A stretch of DNA of 25,424 bases, taken from Ginkgo biloba. Its lineage: Eukaryota > Plantae > Ginkgophyta. Position 1 is the stretch's first letter, and each line of letters opens with the position of its first letter. Under the pieces are notes generated by a model. It worked only from the letters and a program-made list of their open reading frames with translations, was not told the DNA's origin and searched no databases. Both the position numbers and the translations under genes were made by a program. Of this stretch, positions 1 to 9,758 are shown piece by piece. The stretch lies in the NCBI GenBank assembly GCA_024626585.2, contig JANKJI020000004.1, positions 75,238,708-75,264,131 on the forward strand. Reading direction: 5' to 3'.

Positions 1-184
1 ATAATTATATCAATATAATTGAACTGATAATTATACTATTATTATTGTAACATGATAAAATTATATTACTGTACAATATCATATTAAAATAAATCTAGAA
101 AATTATATACTATATCGTTGTTCAATATCATTTTAAAATAAACTAGTACGTTGCATGGGGCAAGTAATTGCCATAGGCAACGCC

Positions 185-225
185 TTCCTCCATAGTTTGT
201 ATCTGGAATCTGCGTTCCTCCATAG
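185..225. repeat. 30-bp period tandem repeat running into an N gap
   Basis: TTCCTCCATAG occurs at 185-195 and 215-225. The unit is TTCCTCCATAGTTTGTATCTGGAATCTGCG, and the second copy is cut by the gap at 226-308. Confidence 0.6.
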
Positions 226-906
226 NNNNNNNNNNNNNNNNNNNNNNNNNNNNNNNNNNNNNNNNNNNNNNNNNNNNNNNNNNNNNNNNNNNNNNNNNNN
301 NNNNNNNNCAAGAATGATTTGAAAAAATTAATATGTATAGTACGGACCATACAGAGGCACTAAGGAATATCCTACAACTTCTATGAACAAAACTTACATG
401 CGTTTGGATGAATTGAAATGAGAAGTGAATAAAACCGAGTTCACAGTACCCTTTTGATGTTTGAGAGAGGTTATGAAAGAGCGATCACTTATAGATGAAT
501 GAATTTCAATCAGGTAGCAGATTGACTATGCCCTTCAAGTGCATAAACATAATACCTCAAACTGAATCCACAAACTCGCCATTGGTGAACAACTTTATGT
601 ATTTTAGAGTTGTTGACTGTTATTGAACATTATTTATACCATCCCCATGAATTGATTCTAACGAAGGCAGGGCCATAGTTTATTTCTGGAATCTATTGCA
701 GAAATAAAACACAGGCTCGAACACAGATAGTAGGTTACGCCTAATTCTGCAATAACTCAACATTACACAGACCCATACCCACAAAAACAAAACCCATGTG
801 ATCGCATCGAGTTAAAATTAATGATCGCCTGGAGCCAATTTCAACAGTGGAGCCACGTAATCAGTAGTGTGCAGTAAAATTTAATACATGTAATATTTTT
901 TTTGTT

Positions 907-967
907 TTAGAGCATCGCCAATTTCTCTCTCCGTGGTCTAACGCGGAGAGAGAAGGTTTTTTTTTTT
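907..967 (+). mobile_element. Probable one-ended PIF/Harbinger (Tourist-type) MITE remnant with an internal hairpin
   Basis: TTA at 907-909 is followed by GAGCATCGCCAA at 910-921, one mismatch from the Tourist-type terminus GAGCATCTCCAA as I recall it. A 13-bp stem (923-935 with 942-954) and T11 (957-967) follow. No partner TIR was seen. Confidence 0.35.
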
Positions 968-2989
968 ATAGCTATAGTAAGGACAGACTCATTAATATCA
1001 GATGTGATAAAACCCCAAGCATGATTTGATTAAATCAAGAATTGTAACGAGAAGTATTACACAGAGGCTAAGCAATTTTGTAAATTCTATCAATTGAAAC
1101 TTACAATGCTAGTCAAAAAGAGTTGAGAGCAGCTACTGATAAATTGAAGAAAGAGTATGAAAAATGGTAATTTATAGATTGATGAATTTGAATTGCCAGG
1201 TCGTCGGGGAATGTGGACAGTCAAGAGAAGAGCATTGAAAACTTCAAGCTGACTCTGGATGTAATATCTATCAATTATCTGTTATAACCGCTTGCCCAAT
1301 AATCATTGCCTACATTAATGTCGTTTTTCTTCTAGAAAGCAAGCATTTGATTTTTTGGCTTTCTCGTCAGCTATCCAAAGCTTATGCTGATAAGATTATG
1401 CCTGAAATACAGGAAGGATATATTTAAGGGGAATGAGTGAAATATCAAACCTCTCAAGTATGGTCCATACACCATTTTGGAGAAATATGGGGAGAATCAA
1501 TTCCACCCTAATTTANNNNNNNNNNNNNNNNNGGCATTTGTGGGGCATTTGTGATGGGATCTATCACACACTAGAATAATCATGCGATATCATGATGCTA
1601 GGTTTGTATTTGTGTAAGTTGTGCAGTTTTAAAAGGCAAACACTCGAAGTGCAATGGTTTTAATTATATCGTTTAATAGTATTATTATGAATATTAAATC
1701 AATTTCTTTTAATTTTTTAGTTTTGTATTTGTTCATGTATTTATTATACCAATGCTTAGTGAGGCCTTGGNNNNNNNNNNNNNNNNNNNNNNNNNNNNNN
1801 NNNNNNNNNNNNNNNNNNNNNNNNNNNNNNNNNNNNNNNNNNNNNNNNNNNNNNNNNNNNNNNNNNNNNNNNNNNNNNNNNNNNNNNNNNNNNNNNNNNN
1901 NNNNNNNNNNNNNNNNNNNNNNNNNNNNNNNNNNNNNNNNNNNNNNNNNNNNNNNNNNNNNNNNNNNNNNNNNNNNNNNNNNNNNNNNNNNNNNNNNNNN
2001 NNNNNNNNNNNNNNNNNNNNNNNNNNNNTTCCATCTTTTATAGGCTATTTAAAATTTTCCATATTAGCAATAAATGCATGTGCTTCTCAGTGCATGGGAA
2101 GTGTCTTGATTTTCTATGTTGTTTATCCAACTTAAGTTATTTCAAAGATGTTCTTTTTCATCATCTTTAAAGGATGTTAGAAAGTGCCATTCCTTTCATA
2201 ACTAATGATATTTTTTAGGAAATAATTGAATTATTATATTTCCAAGCTTCCCTCATTTTGCCTCAAAAAGATATATTAATAACTCTTAGAAGCATGGTTA
2301 TTAATTTTCTATGGTCTCCTAAAGTCATGAAATAAGTAACTTATTCTGTGGTTGGTTGGGCAAACGTCACCCTCCCACATAGAGAGGATGGTTTAGAATC
2401 AGGGATCCTTACCTGTGTACTAATATTAGGTAAGCAAAGAGATGTTGTGACCTCCTTAAATAATGTCATAGTAAGTGCAAGGAAGTCTTGATGAGAAAGT
2501 GCTATTATGACTTTCCTAGGGAAAGCATCTTGAGAGGCTTGAAGCCATGGAAGACACACATTGTGTTATCATCAAGCACAGTGATGTAACACATTATTTC
2601 TGGAGAGCTCTACCGGGGGAACAAAAGTAGGCTGAATCAATTTCGCATTCAGCTACATTGTTGCAGTTTGTGCAGCTATTTGTATGATGGGATCTGCCTG
2701 CACAAGTGAGAACGTAGTTGGCTGGTATGAGTGATTGTTTGAGCTACAAGCTACTATGGCAAACACATGTTCAAGGCCAGATTTTATAGGCTTCAACTAT
2801 CATAGCATTGCTATCACGGAGATTTACACGTCTACGGTAGTTTAAAGCTTGCTGATTCATTTGTAACTTTGCCAATTACAATTGCACCTTGACAAGCATG
2901 TCAGAAAGGTTATCAAAGCTCTGCTAGTTGAAAGGAAAGCATATCATACCATTAAAGTGGGTGATTAATAGGATGAAAATATAATTTTA

Positions 2990-3538
2990 ATGGTTCATGG
3001 AGTTTTTAAATGGTATGGGGATGTATTCACATGGATTTATAAAGAACTCAAGGTAATTCCTCTAGAAATTGGTCAATTGAGAATTGAATTGGAACAAGGA
3101 GCAAAGGAAATAAGGTAAAGGCCCTACAAATGAATCCAAAATATAAGAAAGTTGTACAGGAGGAAATTGAAAAATTATTACATAGAAGATGCATTTATGC
3201 AATTGAATGCAGTGGAATACAGTGAGCCGGTGTCTCCCATAGTGATTGCCAAAAGAAAAATGGGAAGTTGGGGATCTATGTAGATTTCAGGAAGCTTAAT
3301 TGTGTTATTAAGAAGGATCCATTTCCTACTAAATTCAAAGAAGTTTTGGAGAATGTTGCAAGAAGAGAAATTTACTCGTTGATAGATGGATTTTTTGGAT
3401 ATAATCAAGTTCAAATTCATCCAATTGAAAACCATGTTTGCAACTAAATGGGGATCTTATGCTTATAAGGTCATGTCATTTCATTTAACTAATGCACCAA
3501 CAACATTTTCAAGGATTATTATAGCAGGATTTAAGGAT
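2990..3538 (+). pseudogene. pol: Ty3/gypsy (non-chromovirus-like) reverse transcriptase N-terminal half, frameshifted
   Basis: Piecewise translation gives YGDVFTWIYKELKVIP..RIELEQGAKEIR*RPY..MNPKYKKVVQEEIEKLL..VSPIVIA..GIYVDFRKLNCVIKKDPFP..YSLIDGFFGYNQVQIHP..KTMFATKWGSYAYKVMSFHLTNAPTTFSR. It runs into the gap at 3539-4301. Confidence 0.92.
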
Positions 3539-4502
3539 NNNNNNNNNNNNNNNNNNNNNNNNNNNNNNNNNNNNNNNNNNNNNNNNNNNNNNNNNNNNNN
3601 NNNNNNNNNNNNNNNNNNNNNNNNNNNNNNNNNNNNNNNNNNNNNNNNNNNNNNNNNNNNNNNNNNNNNNNNNNNNNNNNNNNNNNNNNNNNNNNNNNNN
3701 NNNNNNNNNNNNNNNNNNNNNNNNNNNNNNNNNNNNNNNNNNNNNNNNNNNNNNNNNNNNNNNNNNNNNNNNNNNNNNNNNNNNNNNNNNNNNNNNNNNN
3801 NNNNNNNNNNNNNNNNNNNNNNNNNNNNNNNNNNNNNNNNNNNNNNNNNNNNNNNNNNNNNNNNNNNNNNNNNNNNNNNNNNNNNNNNNNNNNNNNNNNN
3901 NNNNNNNNNNNNNNNNNNNNNNNNNNNNNNNNNNNNNNNNNNNNNNNNNNNNNNNNNNNNNNNNNNNNNNNNNNNNNNNNNNNNNNNNNNNNNNNNNNNN
4001 NNNNNNNNNNNNNNNNNNNNNNNNNNNNNNNNNNNNNNNNNNNNNNNNNNNNNNNNNNNNNNNNNNNNNNNNNNNNNNNNNNNNNNNNNNNNNNNNNNNN
4101 NNNNNNNNNNNNNNNNNNNNNNNNNNNNNNNNNNNNNNNNNNNNNNNNNNNNNNNNNNNNNNNNNNNNNNNNNNNNNNNNNNNNNNNNNNNNNNNNNNNN
4201 NNNNNNNNNNNNNNNNNNNNNNNNNNNNNNNNNNNNNNNNNNNNNNNNNNNNNNNNNNNNNNNNNNNNNNNNNNNNNNNNNNNNNNNNNNNNNNNNNNNN
4301 NGTCAAATAAAATGATTAGAGAGAGAGGGGGGGGGATTTTAATGTCATAGAAACAATTTCAAGGCACATACAAGGTGCATTCAACTTATTATCAATAGCT
4401 TGCAGAAAATGACATGTCGCATATCACAGAAAATGAAATTTTTTTAAAGGTCGACAACCAAATCGTTGACCATGTATGATTCCATGATTCAACAACCTCT
4501 TA

Positions 4503-4634
4503 GGTGGTTGTGCGAATTTAAATTATGGATATGAAGGGGATGGCCATAGTAGTAATGGGTATGGTGGTTATGGTGGGGGTTACAATGGTGATGGCTCAAG
4601 CTATGGTAGTGAAGGTGCTTTTGAGGGGCACTAG
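4503..4634 (+). pseudogene. Gly/Tyr/Ser-rich coding fragment, possibly an orphan terminal exon
   Basis: Reads GGCANLNYGYEGDGHSSNGYGGYGGGYNGDGSSYGSEGAFEGH*. It is preceded by CTCTTAG (possible acceptor) and followed by T-rich 3'UTR-like sequence. Confidence 0.3.
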
Positions 4635-4978
4635 AGGAATTAATGTTAGGTTTTAGCGTCTATGCCTCTTTAACTAGTTCTTTTTGTACTATCTCTGGAA
4701 TGAAAGTGTATGGAGAGGCAATGTGAATAATACTAGGTAGTGGCATATCTCATAGGCTTAAGTTATTTACATTTATAACAAGACTCTTCAGTAATCCTAA
4801 CTCTCATAACTTTGATAATGTGTGATAAGACTGTGTATTTCTAACTAGGAATGCAGATGATTTTTTCGGTGTGCAAGTATTGGTTTTTATATTTTTATTT
4901 TTAGCTTTCTTAGTTGGTGGTAGTTATGGAAGGGAGTTTATTTTTTTTCATTTAAATGGGTTTGTTATTTGTTCCATA

Positions 4979-4999
4979 TGTGTGTGTGTGTGTGTGTGT
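4979..4999. repeat. (TG)10 microsatellite
   Basis: Perfect TG dinucleotide run. Confidence 0.95.
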
Positions 5000-6154
5000 A
5001 GGTTTGAGAGAATCGCTCTTTAGAAAGAATCTCATCTCAAACTCCACTGCTCCAATAAAGACTAGAAGAACTAGTAGCGTTGCCATTAGAGAAATTAAAG
5101 AAAATATTTAGAACAAAGGGAAATGCTGGAGCACTTATAGGGGAGAAAGTATATTTCTATTTAGCAAACATTATGGTGGTTTTTTTTGAATATTTTTTAT
5201 CACCTCAATTTTTTGATGATTTTTTTACTTATTGAACTCAAACTTGGTGGCTTAAGGTCATCTATCCCAGATCTAAACCTCTCACCACTAAAGGAATTAA
5301 AAACTAAGAATAATGGTTAACTAGATTTATAAGGTTTTCTCGGTCTATATTTTGTCATATATGCCACAAGTCATGAATGATTTATTTCTCCTCAACTAAG
5401 TTTTCTCACATCTATAGTAAATTTATGGATGAAGAGTTTTGTTATCCTTGTAGTAATTTATAAAAGTTGAGGAATAAGGTTTTAGTTTTTATCCAAACTG
5501 ACTAGGCCTTGATTGTAACACAAAGAGCTCTCTATTCTCCATGTATATTTTCCATGATAATTAATATATTTTACCTTCAATCCCCCCCCAAAAAAAGAAA
5601 TTATTATATGCATGCTGATATTTAAGATTATTTGCAAACACAAGTTCCTATGATAATTCACTATGGATATAGGCACATAAGTTTTGTCGATTCAACACAA
5701 ATGTCAAATAATTAATTTGTACAGATATCTTAATACTCATAAAATGTTGACTCTCACATGTCTTATATAAAAATATCGCCCATAAATACTTAATTTAAAA
5801 CGTATTTAGTGGCGATTACTTGCCATGGGTGAAATTGTGTGACCATCCCCTTATAGATGACAAAAAGAGATATTAAAAAAGTATATGTTTAACCATATTT
5901 CTAACAATAAATAATTAATAATATATTTAATACAAGTAGTGGTAAAAAGGTGGTGCTAATAATTTATTAATAAAATTCATGCTCCACTCTCCCTCATTAA
6001 TGGTATTATTAATTAATTTAAATTAATAAAGTATTTCATTTAAGATGTGATAGGNNNNNNNNNNNNNNNNNNNNNNNNNNNNNNNNNNNNNNNNNNNNNN
6101 NNNNNNNNNNNNNNNNNNNNNNNNNNNNNNNNNNNNNNNNNNNNNNNNNNNNNN

Positions 6155-6958
6155 AAGATGCTAAGGATAGAGAACATACCATATTCTTCATTAGATGAAC
6201 ACTAATTGAAATATATTTCATGTCTTGTACACTCTCATTGAAAAAAAATGCCTCGCACTTATCTTCGCAACCAACAAGCTTAGGCAATATCTAATTAATG
6301 CGTATATCAACATATATACTCAATATAATCCTCTCCTTTATCTATTATCCAAACTAGATCACACTGGAAGGGCTAGACAATGGACTATTTTACTACAAGA
6401 ATTTGACTTATCAATAGTAAAAAAAAAAACAAAAGGANNNNNNNNNNNNNNNNNNNNNNNNNNNNNNNNNNNNNNNNNNNNNNNNNNNNCCATCGATGAT
6501 TCATTACCAGATGAAAATATATTTAATGTTGACTAAAGAGATATTACCACACATGAGTGGTATAAAGACATTATCACATATCTTGAATCCCAAAAGTATT
6601 CTTAGGGTTCTTCCTCCAAACAAAAGAGGAGTATTCTTGCCATAACACATGAATATCTGATACTTTATAATACTCTCTATAAGAAATCCTTTGATGGGAT
6701 CTTATTACAATTCCTTAGACCCATAGAATCGTAGAAGGTATTAGAAAAATATCATGGGAATATATATGGAGGAAATTTCAACAGACAACCCACAACTCTT
6801 AGGATTCTATGGATGGGATATTACTAACCCACTATTTTTAAAGATGAACATGACTTTATTCATAAATCCCATAAATGCTATGAGCATTCACTCTTATTTC
6901 ATGCACCTTCACAATCTTTTTGAAATATTTTTGGATCGTGGACTTTTTCAAAATGGGT
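6155..6958 (+). pseudogene. pol: Ty3/gypsy RNase H plus integrase zinc-binding N-terminal region, decayed
   Basis: RNase H: YTLIEKKCLALIFATNKLRQYL..PLLYLLSK..GRARQWTILLQEFDL. Integrase N-terminus: HEWYKDIITYL..LYKKSFDGILLQFL..VLEKYHGNIYGGNF..GYY*PTIFKD..SWTFSKW. No additional archaeal-type RNase H lies between them. Confidence 0.9.
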
Positions 6959-6959
6959 G

Positions 6960-8443
6960 AGGAGGTGCAGGCTGTAGAGGTTCTATAAGACCTCACAATT
7001 GAATTTTGATGAGGTATTTCTTTATGATTTAGTACAACACTAGCATCCAAACCACCACATATTTAGGCTCCATGTGTTTGGTGATATGTATTTCACCAAG
7101 CTAGACATATATAGGACACTTGGTATGAGTTGTATAGGATACTAAGTGGATTTGGCTAGTGTGAGGGTTGAGGGCCCAAGTGCAATGATGTACTTGGAAG
7201 GAGAGTGGCAACTTACTTGGTTTTCTCCTCATGGAGTTAGGATAATATCATTTTCAAATGAAAACATCCCATTGATCAAGAAAGTGATCATAGTTACCTT
7301 GGTATATAAGATCTCATACAACCAAATTTTTGGTGGGATCCCTTATTCATTTATGCCAATGATAGGATGTCATATTAAGGGGACCCACTTTGACTAGGTT
7401 TATTACATTTACAATGCGTTGATCAATGAGCTAGACTCTATTCATCGTAGAGGTTATGGGGCTTTGACTTATAGTTCCTTCTTGCAGGATTGGTTATTTG
7501 AGAACTTTTACATCTTTAGGTCAATTATATCTACTCATTTGATAATAGGTGATGATCCTCTTCTTATAAGAAGGCACATGACATCAAGGTCCTCACCTCA
7601 AAATCCTTCTCATAAGTGGAAGGGTGGTGTCTTATTGGAGTTTATATCCCTCTGAGAAGACATGCAAATCATGGATCTGTATGTGGGAGTAGATTAGGAT
7701 TTTGATGTAGATGTGCCTAAGTTGCGAGGAGGGGAGGAGGTAATAAGGCCTCTAGGATTTAGACCAGCACCCCTAGCAACTGGAGTGATGGGAGGTGAGG
7801 TGATTATTCCTCCAGTAGTTAGCATTAGTGAGGGAGCAAAAGTGCCCCCTACAAGCGATGCATGAGATGGAGGAGTGGCGCAGAGAGGCTAGGGATGCAG
7901 AAGAGAGCATAGCTCTTGGTAGTGCTAAAGGAGGGCTAGGTGGAGGTGATGAGTAGTCTGAGGTACATGGTGGCCTTGAGGGTCCACTTGGAGGTATGCA
8001 TTTAATTTTTTTCTATCCTTTTTATCTTTTGGTTTTATGGATGTGAGATACTAACTATTCATGTCCTTTTTGTGCAGATGTGAGGATGATACCTGTAGTT
8101 TAGTTGAGGCATAGTCTCGAGGATATTTTTTTCTTCATGGATGATCAGAGTGATTTTCCAGAGGACATAGGTTTGATGATCTTGATGAGGCCCTTTATTG
8201 ATGTATTCATAGTGGAAGTCCATGATTGAGCACAATATGAGGCATTAAGGCAGGAGGTTGCCTACTTATGTGGACATATAGAGGTATGGAGGTAGATGAC
8301 CGGTGCATTTGCTAGGACTAGTTATAGTAGAGCCTCTCATATTCAGAGAAGGCTCAATGAGGATATCCCTAGTCAGCATTAGAGTGAGGGTGGTGGGGAT
8401 AGTGGCCCAAGCCACCCTTTATCTACATATATTATATCTTGAT
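6960..8443 (+). pseudogene. Plant Mobile Domain (aminotransferase-like, PF10536; MAIN/MAIL1-like) gene remnant, two exons
   Basis: A single frame from 6960 joins listed ORFs 7146..7397 and 7419..7655. It contains DLVQH*HPNHHIFRLHVFGDMYFTKLDIYRTLGMSCIG (cf. PMD motif LVERWxPETHTFHLPxGEMTITLxDVxxILGLPxxG) and HFD*VYYIYNALINEL..SFLQDWLFENFYIFR (cf. LQxWxxERF). An acidic/Gly-rich tail follows, with one apparent frameshift near 7855. Confidence 0.8.
7994..8077 (+). other. 84-nt spliceosomal GT-AG intron in the PMD gene remnant
   Basis: Donor GAG|GTATGC, T-rich body, branch point TACTAAC at 8049-8055, acceptor TCCTTTTTGTGCAG|. The composition switches sharply relative to the purine-rich flanks. 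Confidence 0.8.
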
Positions 8444-8849
8444 TATAGCGAACGATGATTGGTCAATCTTTGTATGAACCAGTATATAGTCAANNNNNNN
8501 NNNNNNNNNNNNNNNNNNNNNNNNNNNNNNNNNNNNNNNNNNNNNNNNNNNNNNNNNNNNNNNNNNNNNNNNNNNNNNNNNNNNNNNNNNNNNATTGTAA
8601 TAATTTTATAAAACTTGTTAAAATATATATATTAAAATTTGATTAAATAAACTCTTAAGTTTCTATGCATCCCAACATCCCACACGACTACATAAAATAG
8701 ATGGAAGTAAAGCTTGGGAGGATACATGGATGGCATTAATTGAGTTGAAACAAAATCTATATTTTAAAATATTATCCACATATCAATTTTTTTCCACAAA
8801 CCATACCTAAGATTACTTAACATACATGTTTCTCCTAATATACCATCAT

Positions 8850-9758
8850 GGAAATATTTATTAGAATAAGTTATCTAAATAAAATGCTCAATTGTTACTT
8901 AATGCACTGCCCTTTTGGTCCACTATCATATTCTAATCTAGATATGAATTTCTTTTTAAGTGTCTCTATATATTCATTTATAGGAAATATAAGTTCTACC
9001 TCAAGTATCCCAATCAAAAGTACCTTAATTATTTTTCCACCAATTGATGAAAGACATATCTAACTTCTTCTATGTGTTGAACAAAGATGCTATAGATTTA
9101 ATAAACCCATTTCTATCTAGAGAAGATGTGACTAAATTTATAAATAATTGCAAATAACAATGAGGAAGAGAAAATTTCTCCACATTTATAATTTTATGTC
9201 ATATAGAATAATATGACCTCTGTCCATAAGTTTTTTGACCACTTTTTCAAAATAAACTAAAATAAATATGACTCTTTAATATGTGTAGTTGCACTCATGG
9301 CATGATTAATATTTTATAGTGATAAGGCCATGCATTTCAAGAAAAGTATGTACTTCATAGAATTTTTCTTAATAATTTGTTAGGAAATATATCATTTAGT
9401 AGAGGACCTAAATTTTCCAAGTAATTTTTATCCTTCACCATGATTTTTTTGGGTGCATCCTTTACTATAATTTTTCTGTCCATTCATCACTCTACAAAGG
9501 AAAATACTTTTCCAAGTAAAAAATTTCCTTCAATGTAATTTTTTGGATAATTAGTTCACTCAAGTTTCCCCATAACTTCCCTATCTATCCAACATTTTAT
9601 AGAGAAACCTATTTTTTTACGCATTCCAAATCTATTATGTACGATTGTATTTGATGATATAAGAAATTGACTTCTAGTTGCTAGTAGCTCTAATATAGAA
9701 TTTATTATATTAGATTAAGTTCTATATCGGTATCCATTACCCTTTTTCCTTCATATAA
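8850..9758 (-). mobile_element. Very decayed gypsy-like RT C-terminus/RNase H remnant
   Basis: Faint motifs in the expected order on the minus strand: LYKMLDR, GNFLLGKVFS, GGKIIKVLL, SRLE. Stops and frameshifts are numerous. Confidence 0.3.

Noticed and set aside
143-223. MEE..YGNYLPHATY* as a MADS-box or other known protein C-terminus, or the region as a known miRNA precursor
   Set aside because: No convincing motif match, no upstream coding exons identified, no long fold-back and no mature miRNA that I recognise.
185-694. Repeated 22-mer as a CRISPR-like array
   Set aside because: Only two full copies and one partial are visible, with irregular spacing (30 and 483 bp). It is kept as a duplication finding instead.
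904-967. GTTTTAGAGC followed by a hairpin and poly-T, resembling a Cas9 repeat/sgRNA scaffold start; similar ATTTTAGAGTTG at 601-612
   Set aside because: Only ~10 nt match. There is no repeat-spacer array, no tracr anti-repeat and no cas/TnpB/Fanzor ORF, and the context is plant nuclear DNA. It is better explained by a T-tract abutting a Tourist-like terminus.
1533-1553. GGCATTTGTG direct repeat
   Set aside because: Two short copies adjoining a gap; trivial or an assembly-edge artefact.
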